In this document: positions 20,055-28,585 of the stretch, one piece after another
How positions within the stretch are numbered: position 1 is the stretch's first letter
Layout: the number at the start of each line of letters is the position of its first letter
IMG/VR virus record: IMGVR_UViG_3300005663_000052
Coordinates: 1-56,451 of that record
Source of the DNA: a virus
Taxonomy: Duplodnaviria; Caudoviricetes
Strand: one strand, 5' to 3'
Length of the DNA stretch: 56,451 bases
The notes under the pieces: model-generated
What the model was told of the DNA's origin: nothing
Seen by the model: the letters and a program-made list of their open reading frames with translations, nothing else
Databases searched by the model: none
Program-made: the position numbers and the translations under genes

Positions 20055-20387
20055 CTACTTCCCATTGCTTAGGAACCAAGACTCTGGGGCTGCCGGTATC
20101 TCCAACATGCTGATGATCGTATTCCCGGCCGGTACCGGTGGCTGCAAGACGTTGTTGGCAACGCTCCAGCCTGCTAGAAAACGCGAGCAAAACCACCGAA
20201 TCACCGAGGGGCTCGGCACGGGCCGGCCATCTTCCGATAGGCTCGATTGCGGCTCTCCCCGCTGCACAATTCTGCCTACCACCTTCGGGGTAAGAGAAAG
20301 GATGTCCGCAATCTCCTGCTGGGTGAAACCCCGACTACGGAAATCGAGCACCTGAATCTCGCACAATTCAGAGATTGGCCAGCTCAT
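20055..20387 (-). CDS. HTH DNA-binding protein
   Basis: GFTQQEIADILSLTPKVVGRI. Confidence 0.6.
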   Translation of the reverse strand: MSWPISELCEIQVLDFRSRGFTQQEIADILSLTPKVVGRIVQRGEPQSSLSEDGRPVPSPSVIRWFCSRFLAGWSVANNVLQPPVPAGNTIISMLEIPAAPESWFLSNGK

Positions 20388-21802
20388 CCTACTTCCACAA
20401 AATGCTCCGCCTCGGAAAACTCGTCAATCGGCGGCTGCCGGGCCACCAACGCCGCGGCCGGGAGAGCCATCACAAACGCCACGGCCCGGTCCGCATGGCC
20501 GTAACCATCCCGCACAGACTTCAGTTTGTACGTTCCAAGCTTGGTCTCTTCGATATTCAGCCGGTGGAGATCCCGCACGAACAATTCCTGTCGATAGATA
20601 CGGATCAAGCGATTGCGGAAATGCTCAAGTACCGTCCTGGCAATTTCATCCCCCGTCGCTCCGGTCATTGTGATCGGATCCATGATCACACCCCGCTGGC
20701 GAACTCGCTCAGCAATGTACTCCATTTGCCACGGATCGAAACAGCACCCCAGGCAAGGAAAATCCGCCCAGCCGCGGAGAATGGCCGATTCCACCTGCTC
20801 CAACGCAATTCGCCCGCCGATGGGCGCCCAGGATTCACACCGAGCCAACCAGATCTGCGGATTCCCCCGCTGAACGGCCAAATGAACCACGGCCGCATGG
20901 TCGTGCTGCACGCCAGCGTCTACCCCTTGGATTACGACAAACCCGTTGTCCAGAACATGCTTCGGAGTCATCGGCCCGTCCATCCGCACGGCCGCCTCGA
21001 TGTCATCCGCGTCAATCGCATTGGCTTCCGTGGCCGACCAAATCCCACGCCAGAGTCGATTGAACCGCAACGTCGTGTTCCGCATCTTGGCCCCCCTGAC
21101 GTTCCGCTGCGGAATCCAGGGAGCCGGCTCTTCGACTTTCTGGAACCACCAGTCACCTGACTGCCGATGCTCTTCCCGCCAATCGTGCTGCCAAGTTTGC
21201 AAATGGCCGGCGTTGGTGGCGATCAGCATGAAGTTGTTGCCGATCTTGTCTGCATTGTCGGCCATCGTCTCCATGAAATCCTTGTTGGTGACGTGGCTCA
21301 GCTCGTTGCAGACGGTCATGTTGGGCCGCGAACCATGGGCGCCCGTGGAAGTCGTAGTCAGCACATCCATGACCGCCTCGGTTTGTTTGCCGATGACTTT
21401 GCTCTTCTGAAATTCCACCAGCGGTGCCATCCACGGATTGAGCCGAACCACCGATTGCATGGCCAAAAGAGTCTCGGCAGCCTGCTCTTGTTGTTCGGCG
21501 CCAATTTCGATCAGAATCGGCCGACGCGAAAATATCAGCATCCACAACAGGCAACACCCGACGTCCGAATCCTTGCTAGCTCCCTTGGTCCGCTCGATCC
21601 AGATCCCCCGGTCCGGCGGCATCTTGTGATGGGCTACTGCTTGCAGACACGGCACCAACCGCTCATAGGCCTCGAACTGAAAATCCGCACAGACGTCCCG
21701 TTGCTTCTTGGTGGGATCGGCCCCCGGCACGACCAGATCCATGATGAAGGCCATGGGGTCGCGGGCGTATTGCTTGAATTTTGTAGGGGTAATGCGTTTC
21801 AC
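20384..21802 (-). CDS. terL: Terminase large subunit
   Basis: ATPase region (ERTKGASKD, HGSRP..CNELSH) plus RNase H-like domain (GVDAG, FDPWQ, HADRAVA). Confidence 0.9.
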   Translation of the reverse strand: MKRITPTKFKQYARDPMAFIMDLVVPGADPTKKQRDVCADFQFEAYERLVPCLQAVAHHKMPPDRGIWIERTKGASKDSDVGCCLLWMLIFSRRPILIEIGAEQQEQAAETLLAMQSVVRLNPWMAPLVEFQKSKVIGKQTEAVMDVLTTTSTGAHGSRPNMTVCNELSHVTNKDFMETMADNADKIGNNFMLIATNAGHLQTWQHDWREEHRQSGDWWFQKVEEPAPWIPQRNVRGAKMRNTTLRFNRLWRGIWSATEANAIDADDIEAAVRMDGPMTPKHVLDNGFVVIQGVDAGVQHDHAAVVHLAVQRGNPQIWLARCESWAPIGGRIALEQVESAILRGWADFPCLGCCFDPWQMEYIAERVRQRGVIMDPITMTGATGDEIARTVLEHFRNRLIRIYRQELFVRDLHRLNIEETKLGTYKLKSVRDGYGHADRAVAFVMALPAAALVARQPPIDEFSEAEHFVEVG

Positions 21803-21860
21803 ACAGGAGCCCTCGCATAAGAGGATGGGCTCCCAGCCCTACAAATGAAATTCCGCTCAC

Positions 21861-22268
21861 TCACTCGTCATCGTCGCCGAAATCCAGATTACCCAAGCCG
21901 ACTTCTTTTTCCTTGATACCGAGCTTGAGCACCGCTGCGTTCCGTCTCATCGAAGCATCACGAACCTGCTTGGTGATTTCCCGAATAACCTTGATGCTGG
22001 GCTCCGTTTTCCAGACGCGAGCCAAGAGCTTTTGCACCAGCATCTCTTCCATGTAGCACTTGACGGCATAAGTCATGGCCGACACAAATTGAATGGGAAT
22101 CTTCAAATCATCGTCAATCCCGTACTCTCGGCAAACGGCCTGCCGCATGCTCATCCAGAATTTGAACGCCCGGTATTTCTCCGGCCCACAATCAGCCGGC
22201 CAATCGCCCAAGTCCAATCCATGAATCTGCCGACGCTGCCGCCCGCTTCTCCCCTTCACTCCCGCCAT
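21861..22268 (-). CDS. Putative terminase small subunit
   Basis: MAGVKGRSGR start typical of TerS; upstream of terL. Confidence 0.65.
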   Translation of the reverse strand: MAGVKGRSGRQRRQIHGLDLGDWPADCGPEKYRAFKFWMSMRQAVCREYGIDDDLKIPIQFVSAMTYAVKCYMEEMLVQKLLARVWKTEPSIKVIREITKQVRDASMRRNAAVLKLGIKEKEVGLGNLDFGDDDE

Positions 22269-22839
22269 CCCACTCCCTCCGCGAAATCACATCGACCACC
22301 CGCTGCGGCGCGATGTGGTCCAAATACCGGGCCGTAACCGCAATCGACTCATGGCCGAGCTGCTTACTGATTATTCCAATATCCACGCCTTCACGCAATA
22401 GCTCCGCGGCCAGCGTGTGCCGAAATCCGTGGGCATGAATGCGTTTTTCGATCCCCGCCCTGGCCCCCAGCCGCGGCAACAGCGTGCGAATGTACTGGCC
22501 GGCCAGCTTGCCTCCCTGAAGCGTGCAGAAGATCGGCTGATGCCCATTCAACCCGATTTCCCGCCGCCGATCCAGCCACCGTGCCAGCAGTGCCAGTGCT
22601 GCCGTGTCGATCCCCACCACCCGGAATTTGCCCCCCTTGCCGTGGCGGACAGTCACCTGGCCGGCGGCCGAATCGACGTCACGAGCCCGCAGACTGAGTG
22701 CCTCGTCAATCCGCAGGCCGGTGCGGTAGAGTAGACCGATCAGCGCCCGATTGCGGATGCCGGTGGGAGCGTCCTGCGAACAGGCTCCCATCAGCCGGTC
22801 GATTTCGTTTTGCGTGTAGACTTCAGGTGGACGTTTCAT
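22192..22839 (-). CDS. Tyrosine recombinase, catalytic domain only
   Basis: TGLRIDE, GKGGK, HGFRH and LGH..TARY give the full R-K-H-R-H-Y set; no N-terminal SAM-like domain. Confidence 0.9.
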   Translation of the reverse strand: MKRPPEVYTQNEIDRLMGACSQDAPTGIRNRALIGLLYRTGLRIDEALSLRARDVDSAAGQVTVRHGKGGKFRVVGIDTAALALLARWLDRRREIGLNGHQPIFCTLQGGKLAGQYIRTLLPRLGARAGIEKRIHAHGFRHTLAAELLREGVDIGIISKQLGHESIAVTARYLDHIAPQRVVDVISRREWDGGSEGEKRAAASADSWIGLGRLAG

Positions 22840-23123
22840 GGCTTTTCCCCTTTTCGTAATGGAAATATCCCCAAACCAACAAACGCGATTTTTCCTACCA
22901 ATAATTTGCCGGTTTCTGCGTCTGTTCCAATAGCACACCAATCGACATCTAGATTGCCGTGGTTGCCCGGTACCGATGCCCAATACCAATTCTCCTCATC
23001 AAACGAAACTCCCACTTCGGTACATTGCCGTCCTGCCCCTTGTTTGGAACCAAACCACTGAGAAGATGGCAGACACACCATGCCAACAATTGCCACAAGA
23101 GACTCACGTCGATTGAGTTTCAT
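22836..23123 (-). CDS. Hypothetical protein
   Basis: Overlapping start/stop coupling with neighbours. Confidence 0.5.
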   Translation of the reverse strand: MKLNRRESLVAIVGMVCLPSSQWFGSKQGAGRQCTEVGVSFDEENWYWASVPGNHGNLDVDWCAIGTDAETGKLLVGKIAFVGLGIFPLRKGEKP

Positions 23124-23398
23124 GGCTCTTTCCCTTCCTGTGGCTGTTGTGGTTCTCGCCCCTCGACTTTGGCGATAGCGTCTCGCAGCATGCAGGGGAT
23201 TGCAATTGCCAATTTGTGCTTGCCCCATGGTTTTTCGCCAATAGCCTTGCGATCGGCATCAGTGCCAATCAGATACAAGGCTGCCTGACATGCCTTCCGC
23301 AGCTCAGCGATCACCCGCTCCCGCTGATCCACGGGGGCACGTTGTTGCCATCGGGGCATTGCTCCACAGGACGGACAGGGTTTGTTTTGGTCAGTCAT
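23120..23398 (-). CDS. Hypothetical protein (CPSC N-terminus)
   Basis: AGGAG RBS; N-terminus shared with 26734-26964. Confidence 0.55.
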   Translation of the reverse strand: MTDQNKPCPSCGAMPRWQQRAPVDQRERVIAELRKACQAALYLIGTDADRKAIGEKPWGKHKLAIAIPCMLRDAIAKVEGREPQQPQEGKEP

Positions 23399-23799
23399 GT
23401 TCTCTCCTTGGCTTTGGCAATGGCGAAAAAAGCCAGCGTTGCAGCAACGCCACCTGCCGCTGGGTCGTTTATTTTGGCAGCATGTACGATGGCTTCGCAC
23501 GCAACTAGAAGATCGGGAGCGGCGGCGATGAGGCAGGCGTCGGCTACGTTGAATTCTCGGGGATACACCGGGGTGAGTACACATACGCAGCCGCGCCCAG
23601 GTCCAGCCGGGCCCCAGATCAAGCCGGGCTTGCCGCGTTCGTAGTGCTCATTAGTGTTAACGGACCACGGTCCTGGCGTATGCTCGATCTCTTCCGCCTT
23701 CTTTCTGACTTTGATCTCAGGCCGAAAGTCGCCGAGCGCGGCTTCAGTCCACTGCTCGGCCCACCCTTCTTCTCCCGGTCCCGGGGTATGCTTGCTCAT
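23395..23799 (-). CDS. Phage HTPGPW/AAPDLL family protein
   Basis: HTPGPW...LIAAAPDLL...AIAKA motifs. Confidence 0.75.
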   Translation of the reverse strand: MSKHTPGPGEEGWAEQWTEAALGDFRPEIKVRKKAEEIEHTPGPWSVNTNEHYERGKPGLIWGPAGPGRGCVCVLTPVYPREFNVADACLIAAAPDLLVACEAIVHAAKINDPAAGGVAATLAFFAIAKAKERT

Positions 23800-24002
23800 G
23801 TTCGCTCCTCGACTTTGACGATGGCCTCGCGAGCCATTTGGGCATACGATCGAGCCAAGGCTTGATGACCCGCAGCCCATTGGCCGGCAGAGTGTCCTGC
23901 GGCCTCAACGAGATTCGCCATCAATCTGCTCGCCTCCACCAGCTCCTCAATCAGCCGCTCCCGCTCTTCGCAGACGGGGCAGTGGTTGGTTGTGTCAGGC
24001 AT
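23796..24002 (-). CDS. Hypothetical protein
   Basis: GAGG RBS; CPVC; coupled to neighbours. Confidence 0.5.
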   Translation of the reverse strand: MPDTTNHCPVCEERERLIEELVEASRLMANLVEAAGHSAGQWAAGHQALARSYAQMAREAIVKVEERT

Positions 24003-24540
24003 CGGTCGCCTCACTTTCTTGAACAGCCGGGAAGTGAGCTAATGCGTGATAGATGAATTTGTGTGTGGCTGTGTAGGTGCTGTCGCGATTGTCAATAATC
24101 CAGCCACGCTCAATCAGCCCATTGAACAAATAGTCGTATTTGTCTTCAGCGTCTAGCTGGTGTTTTGCTACTGTCCAACCTCCTGCCTTCTGGCAAGCAC
24201 GCACGAAAAACTTGGCGGACACTTCACGTTCGCAGTTGTCGAAACTGTCCCACCAGTGCCTATCATCAGTCTCAATCATGTCGGGCGCGATCACCCTGGC
24301 AAAATGCTGCGGCTTTTGCTCGGCAAGCCAGTTCGCGGCATGGCATTGCAGGTCCAGCCAAATCCCCGCCAATAATTGTTTGGGATAGGCCCCTTCTCCC
24401 TCGATCGGGTCAGACCACTGCATCGTCTTGTAGACGCCATCGGAATCGCGTTCCAGCATGAAGTCGAAGATGGCCCGAGCATCGGCTGGCCAGAGCCCGC
24501 AGTCATAGAGCATCTTTTCGAGTTTTTCTCTTACCGTCAT
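23995..24540 (-). CDS. Hypothetical protein
   Basis: 181 aa; GAGGTG RBS. Confidence 0.6.
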   Translation of the reverse strand: MTVREKLEKMLYDCGLWPADARAIFDFMLERDSDGVYKTMQWSDPIEGEGAYPKQLLAGIWLDLQCHAANWLAEQKPQHFARVIAPDMIETDDRHWWDSFDNCEREVSAKFFVRACQKAGGWTVAKHQLDAEDKYDYLFNGLIERGWIIDNRDSTYTATHKFIYHALAHFPAVQESEATDA

Positions 24541-24572
24541 CTTTCACCTCTCGGGGTTACATTTCCTCTCAG

Positions 24573-24773
24573 TCAATCAAGACATTTTGGACACAACAAC
24601 CGAAAGTTGCGACCAATAACAACGATCGTCTCCGGTGCATATCCATATCCCGCAGTGACACTGGCTTCACCCATCAAGGCAACATCTCCGTTCCTCACCG
24701 GACAAAAACATCGATCACACGAGAAGGGTGTTTCCAATATTCTCATGCGGTGTAAATGAGCTTCTCCGGCCAT
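24573..24773 (-). CDS. Small zinc-finger protein
   Basis: CDRC...CPKC. Confidence 0.5.
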   Translation of the reverse strand: MAGEAHLHRMRILETPFSCDRCFCPVRNGDVALMGEASVTAGYGYAPETIVVIGRNFRLLCPKCLD

Positions 24774-24931
24774 GCGTCTTTTCCTTCCTCAATCAATCAA
24801 CTCACTAACCTCCACCCCCAACGCCCCAGCCAACTTCTTCAGCGTCCGCACCTGTGGATCGTAATGCCTCCTCAAAATCCTGCTGGGACTCTGTTTTCCT
24901 GTCGGCCATCGTCTCACCTCTCGGGCTTACA

Positions 24932-25207
24932 TCAGAATGCACGGACGCCAGGCAATCCTATGATCGCCAGCCTCACGTTACTCTCATCCCGTAGCGTATA
25001 GTTGCCCATTCCCATTGCATGGTGCAACAATTGCTTGATCTGATCCGTCTGAAACTTCTCGTCAACGACAAGCGATGCCGTGTTGTGATACGTCTTTCGG
25101 TCCGATGCCATAAAGTGGCCAGTCACTCCACGGGACTGAGCGTGAAGACGAAACTCCAGCGTGCCACATCGAAGGTCAAAGAACACTGACGTATGAGTCC
25201 ATCGCAT
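24932..25207 (-). CDS. Hypothetical protein
   Basis: GAGGTG RBS. Confidence 0.5.
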   Translation of the reverse strand: MRWTHTSVFFDLRCGTLEFRLHAQSRGVTGHFMASDRKTYHNTASLVVDEKFQTDQIKQLLHHAMGMGNYTLRDESNVRLAIIGLPGVRAF

Positions 25208-25246
25208 CTTCTCACCTCTTGGAGTTACATTTGGCGTTGATATACT

Positions 25247-25564
25247 TCAGTCACCATGCCCTCTTTCAAGAGCAGCCAGTGCCTTACGTAATAGGTCAAC
25301 ACAAGCTGAGTGGTCGCCGCGAAACACACAGTAATTCAACGGGACGGGGGTTTCGCCGCCACCGATTGAGATCCTCAGAATACCGTGTTCGTCTGGCGGC
25401 AAATGTCGAACGTCGATGCCGTTTGTCTTCCACTCCCCGAGTACCGGTTCACCTTCCTTGCCGGCCGTAATCTTAGATTCTCCGGCGACACACATTTGCT
25501 CTGCCTTGGCCGCCAAACTGCGCAGCCAGTCGCGACGAGCATCTCTATCTTCGTGGGTTTGCAT
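25247..25564 (-). CDS. Hypothetical protein
   Basis: AGGAG RBS; 105 aa. Confidence 0.55.
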   Translation of the reverse strand: MQTHEDRDARRDWLRSLAAKAEQMCVAGESKITAGKEGEPVLGEWKTNGIDVRHLPPDEHGILRISIGGGETPVPLNYCVFRGDHSACVDLLRKALAALERGHGD

Positions 25565-25614
25565 TAGAATCTCCTGTTTGGTGAGCCTGCTATATCAGTG
25601 CCTTACATTTCCTC

Positions 25615-25827
25615 TCAGTCAATCAACTCACTAACTTCCACCCCCAACGCCCCAGCCAACTTCTTCAGCGTCCGCACCTGCGGATCATGGTCACTCCCCT
25701 CGATCCGCGAGAGATAGCTCTGCTTGATCCCAGCCGCCTCAGCCAACGCCTCCTGCGAAAGCTCAGCCGCCAGCCGCATGGCTTTGATCCGCTGGCCGAT
25801 GGATTGAGGTTTTTTCTTTCGGCTCAT
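25615..25827 (-). CDS. XRE-family HTH transcriptional regulator
   Basis: IGQRIKAMR..LSQEALAEAAGIKQSYLSRIE..P..TLKKLA.AL. Confidence 0.9.
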   Translation of the reverse strand: MSRKKKPQSIGQRIKAMRLAAELSQEALAEAAGIKQSYLSRIEGSDHDPQVRTLKKLAGALGVEVSELID

Positions 25828-25841
25828 GCCGTCCTCTCAAT

Positions 25842-26513
25842 TCAAGTAGGTTTGTACGCCCCGACAGTCGCCATATCCAAAACGCTCCGTTCCACGTCCG
25901 TGAGGTCCCACTGGGCCAACACCACAAACAAATCCTGCGTGATGCGACGGAGTAGGTACGGATCTTCGGGCGCCTCTTGCCAGTTGGCTTCCCAGAGCAG
26001 GACGTAGTTGGCCAAGCTGCCTTTCGGCCGAAGGGCCGGCGGTACAATCGGCACGCGGGCACGAATTGGGTCTCTCACGCGAATACCAAAAAATGCTCGC
26101 GGGAAACGAAACGTTCCCGTCTTGGTCCCTCTGCTGTAATTGCCATAATTCCAGCCCGGATTGACGGCATGATCCGAAACGAACGCACTGGCCTCATGCC
26201 ACCATCTACCATCGGAATCGTGCATTCGGCCAGCATTCCAACGAAACCAGACCCACTTGGCCGTCGCACCTGCAACCGCCAAAACCGGATGGCCGCTAGA
26301 ATCAATCCCGGCAGACTCCATGGCCTTGTTTAGGGAGATTATGGTTCGGCCCATCCCAATCTGCTGATACGCTTTCTTCAACTCAACGTCCACGGCGGTT
26401 CCGCGGCCGGCAGATACCACCTCCCTGTACTCGGCAAACTTCCGCCGGGCATCCGCCTGCCCCGTCGCCGTGAGTTTCGCTTCCTCGATTACTGCTGTCG
26501 ACATGATCGTCAC
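25842..26513 (-). CDS. Conserved phage hypothetical protein
   Basis: VPIVPP..LWEANW..PEDPYLL..VLAQWDLT motif; AAGGAG RBS. Confidence 0.65.
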   Translation of the reverse strand: MTIMSTAVIEEAKLTATGQADARRKFAEYREVVSAGRGTAVDVELKKAYQQIGMGRTIISLNKAMESAGIDSSGHPVLAVAGATAKWVWFRWNAGRMHDSDGRWWHEASAFVSDHAVNPGWNYGNYSRGTKTGTFRFPRAFFGIRVRDPIRARVPIVPPALRPKGSLANYVLLWEANWQEAPEDPYLLRRITQDLFVVLAQWDLTDVERSVLDMATVGAYKPT

Positions 26514-26733
26514 TCCTTGGGTTTGTGGTGATCGCAGTGGCTACGGCGATCTTCTCATCCTTTCCCGTCACGTAGCTCTTTAAGTTCAGCCTTTGTGGCC
26601 AAATGAACCTCTTTTTCCAACTCGTACCGTCGCTTTGACGCAGCAGAAATCTTTTCCTGAATGGCGTCACGCTGGTCGCAAAGGGAACTCACTTCATCTT
26701 CTAGTGATTTGATCTCTCTTTCTAGGTCAGTCA

Positions 26734-26964
26734 TCAGTCTTCCCTTTTTGGTTTGTGGTGAACGCAGCCGAAGCGGGAGGGGGTCGGCCCTATTTGCAGG
26801 TTTCTAAGCCTGTTGGCTCCACAGTACCCAACCCCCGGATATCGGTCCAATATAGTCCAGTCCTCACACGTCTCGCACCTCGGGTAGTCGATGGGGGCAC
26901 GTTGTTGCCACCGGGGCATTGCTCTACAGGACGGACAAGGCTTGAGCTTGTCTTGGTTAGGCAT
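26734..26964 (-). CDS. Cys-rich hypothetical protein
   Basis: CPSC, CETC, FGCVHH. Confidence 0.55.
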   Translation of the reverse strand: MPNQDKLKPCPSCRAMPRWQQRAPIDYPRCETCEDWTILDRYPGVGYCGANRLRNLQIGPTPSRFGCVHHKPKRED

Positions 26965-26998
26965 CGGTCACCTCACTGAGTTGAATTCCACTCCTGCC

Positions 26999-27027
26999 AT
27001 TCTGGCACTCCCCATCCAATAAGTCAA
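26999..27027 (-). promoter_or_regulatory. Putative sigma70-type promoter
   Basis: TTGACT-17 nt-CAGAAT with an extended TG, upstream of the 26964 start. Confidence 0.4.
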
Positions 27028-27105
27028 TAGCCGCAAAGCCTATTCCATTGGAAAACTTTACTGGGGGATTGACAAACACCCGTCACTTGGCCGAACGGAC
27101 GGCCG

Positions 27106-27417
27106 TCAGTCTGTACTGGTTTCCGCAGAGTTCGGCACCGGGGCCGCAACCGAATCTCCCCGCTCTCCCAGCAACTCGATCGTCACCGAAGTCGGAGCCG
27201 GATCTCCACACTCGCACGGCAACTCGATCTTCGCCCAGGCCGTGGTTGCAAGTGGAATCGGTTCTCCCGTGGAACTCCAGAAGAAAATGGCTCCATTTGC
27301 TGCCACCGAACAGAATCCACCTCTCTTGGCTCGCCCGGCCGTATTCTCCACCCATAACCAATCCCCCGGCTCGTCCGGCGGGGATTTCTGCCATCTCAAT
27401 TCAGCCATCGTTCTCAC
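27106..27417 (-). CDS. Hypothetical protein
   Basis: W..PP..PG.W.W motif common in phage small proteins. Confidence 0.5.
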   Translation of the reverse strand: MRTMAELRWQKSPPDEPGDWLWVENTAGRAKRGGFCSVAANGAIFFWSSTGEPIPLATTAWAKIELPCECGDPAPTSVTIELLGERGDSVAAPVPNSAETSTD

Positions 27418-27646
27418 CCTCCTCCCTCAGGATCCCCATCAAAGGAATTTCCATCCCAGTTCCTCCGCGACGAATTTCCGCCAGCAGCATCATGGCAATT
27501 TCCCAAGCTTGCCGCTCATCCAGAATTAGCCGCAGAAAATTGGGCTGATAGCTCTTCCCTTTCACGACTTGACAACCTCCCCCAATAACAAAAGAGTGCA
27601 TCTCCCGAAAAGGCCGATCCGACGAAGGCCAAGCTTGTACGCACAT
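27401..27646 (-). CDS. Hypothetical protein
   Basis: GAGG RBS. Confidence 0.45.
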   Translation of the reverse strand: MCVQAWPSSDRPFREMHSFVIGGGCQVVKGKSYQPNFLRLILDERQAWEIAMMLLAEIRRGGTGMEIPLMGILREEGENDG

Positions 27647-27669
27647 TTCCTCAATCCTCCGTTTTTATT

Positions 27670-27864
27670 TCACTCATTCCGAAAAACCGCCCGGATCCCG
27701 TCCGGCCCAATGAAAATCTCGACAAGCACCTGACCATCCCGCTCGGCCGCGAACTCACCAAAATGACTTCGAATCACGTGCTGCAATTCCGGATCCCCCC
27801 AATCCAAAAACGGAACCTTCTCAACCGGCCGAAGACTCCCGTCTGGATCAAATGTGATCTTCAT
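27670..27864 (-). CDS. Hypothetical protein
   Basis: GAGGAGG RBS before MKITFDP. Confidence 0.5.
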   Translation of the reverse strand: MKITFDPDGSLRPVEKVPFLDWGDPELQHVIRSHFGEFAAERDGQVLVEIFIGPDGIRAVFRNE

Positions 27865-28363
27865 GGGTTTTTTCCTCCTCAAAAACCTCGTGGCGGAAGC
27901 ACCCGCTCTTTTTTGCACCACCAACACGTTTTGTATCTTGGGTCTCCTGGCAATGCAATGCACAATTGCCGCCAACAGTGGAAACCAAGCCAGCAAGAAA
28001 ATCTACGAAAACAACTCATAAAATTTCCTCCTCAATTTTTCCGATATTTTTTCCAACGCACGTGTCATCCTCAATGCCCCCTGGACCCTCCCCTCCCCTT
28101 ATGAACGGACGGGGGGGGTGCTGACATTTTCTCGACCGAGTAGCGTTTCAGTATCAAAACGCAACTCTATGGCCGCCCATCACGCCCAATCGGCGACTCT
28201 CCAGTAGGAACGCAACTCTACACCCAACTCAGCCTGTCAATACCCACATTAGGTGCCGTTCCCTGCCGTTAATCTGTCAATCCCCCTTTTAGGCTATATG
28301 TAGGGGCACGCACCTAGCCGCGCATTTCCTTTTTGTCTTTCCTTTTTTCTGTGGCCATCACCA

Positions 28364-28537
28364 ATACCTTGGGCACATTCCCATTCCCGTTGTGCCCAAG
28401 GTATCTTGTGCATTTGGTGTAATGAGCAGTGTCCTGACCTTACGCACACGGGCAGGGGGTATCCCCTAAAGGGATACACCCCTGTCCAAAAAGTGCCTAA
28501 GGTCTGGCCCCATGCTCAAGGTTCATTGTGCGTAAGG
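28364..28537. repeat. Cluster of inverted repeats in non-coding region (candidate origin)
   Basis: 14-bp IR at 28364-77/28391-404; 11-bp IR at 28438-48/28527-37 enclosing a hairpin at 28453-84. Confidence 0.7.
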
Positions 28538-28585
28538 GTGCGGGAGGTGGATAGTTGTTGTGCCGTAGCTACCATAGAGGGGGTA

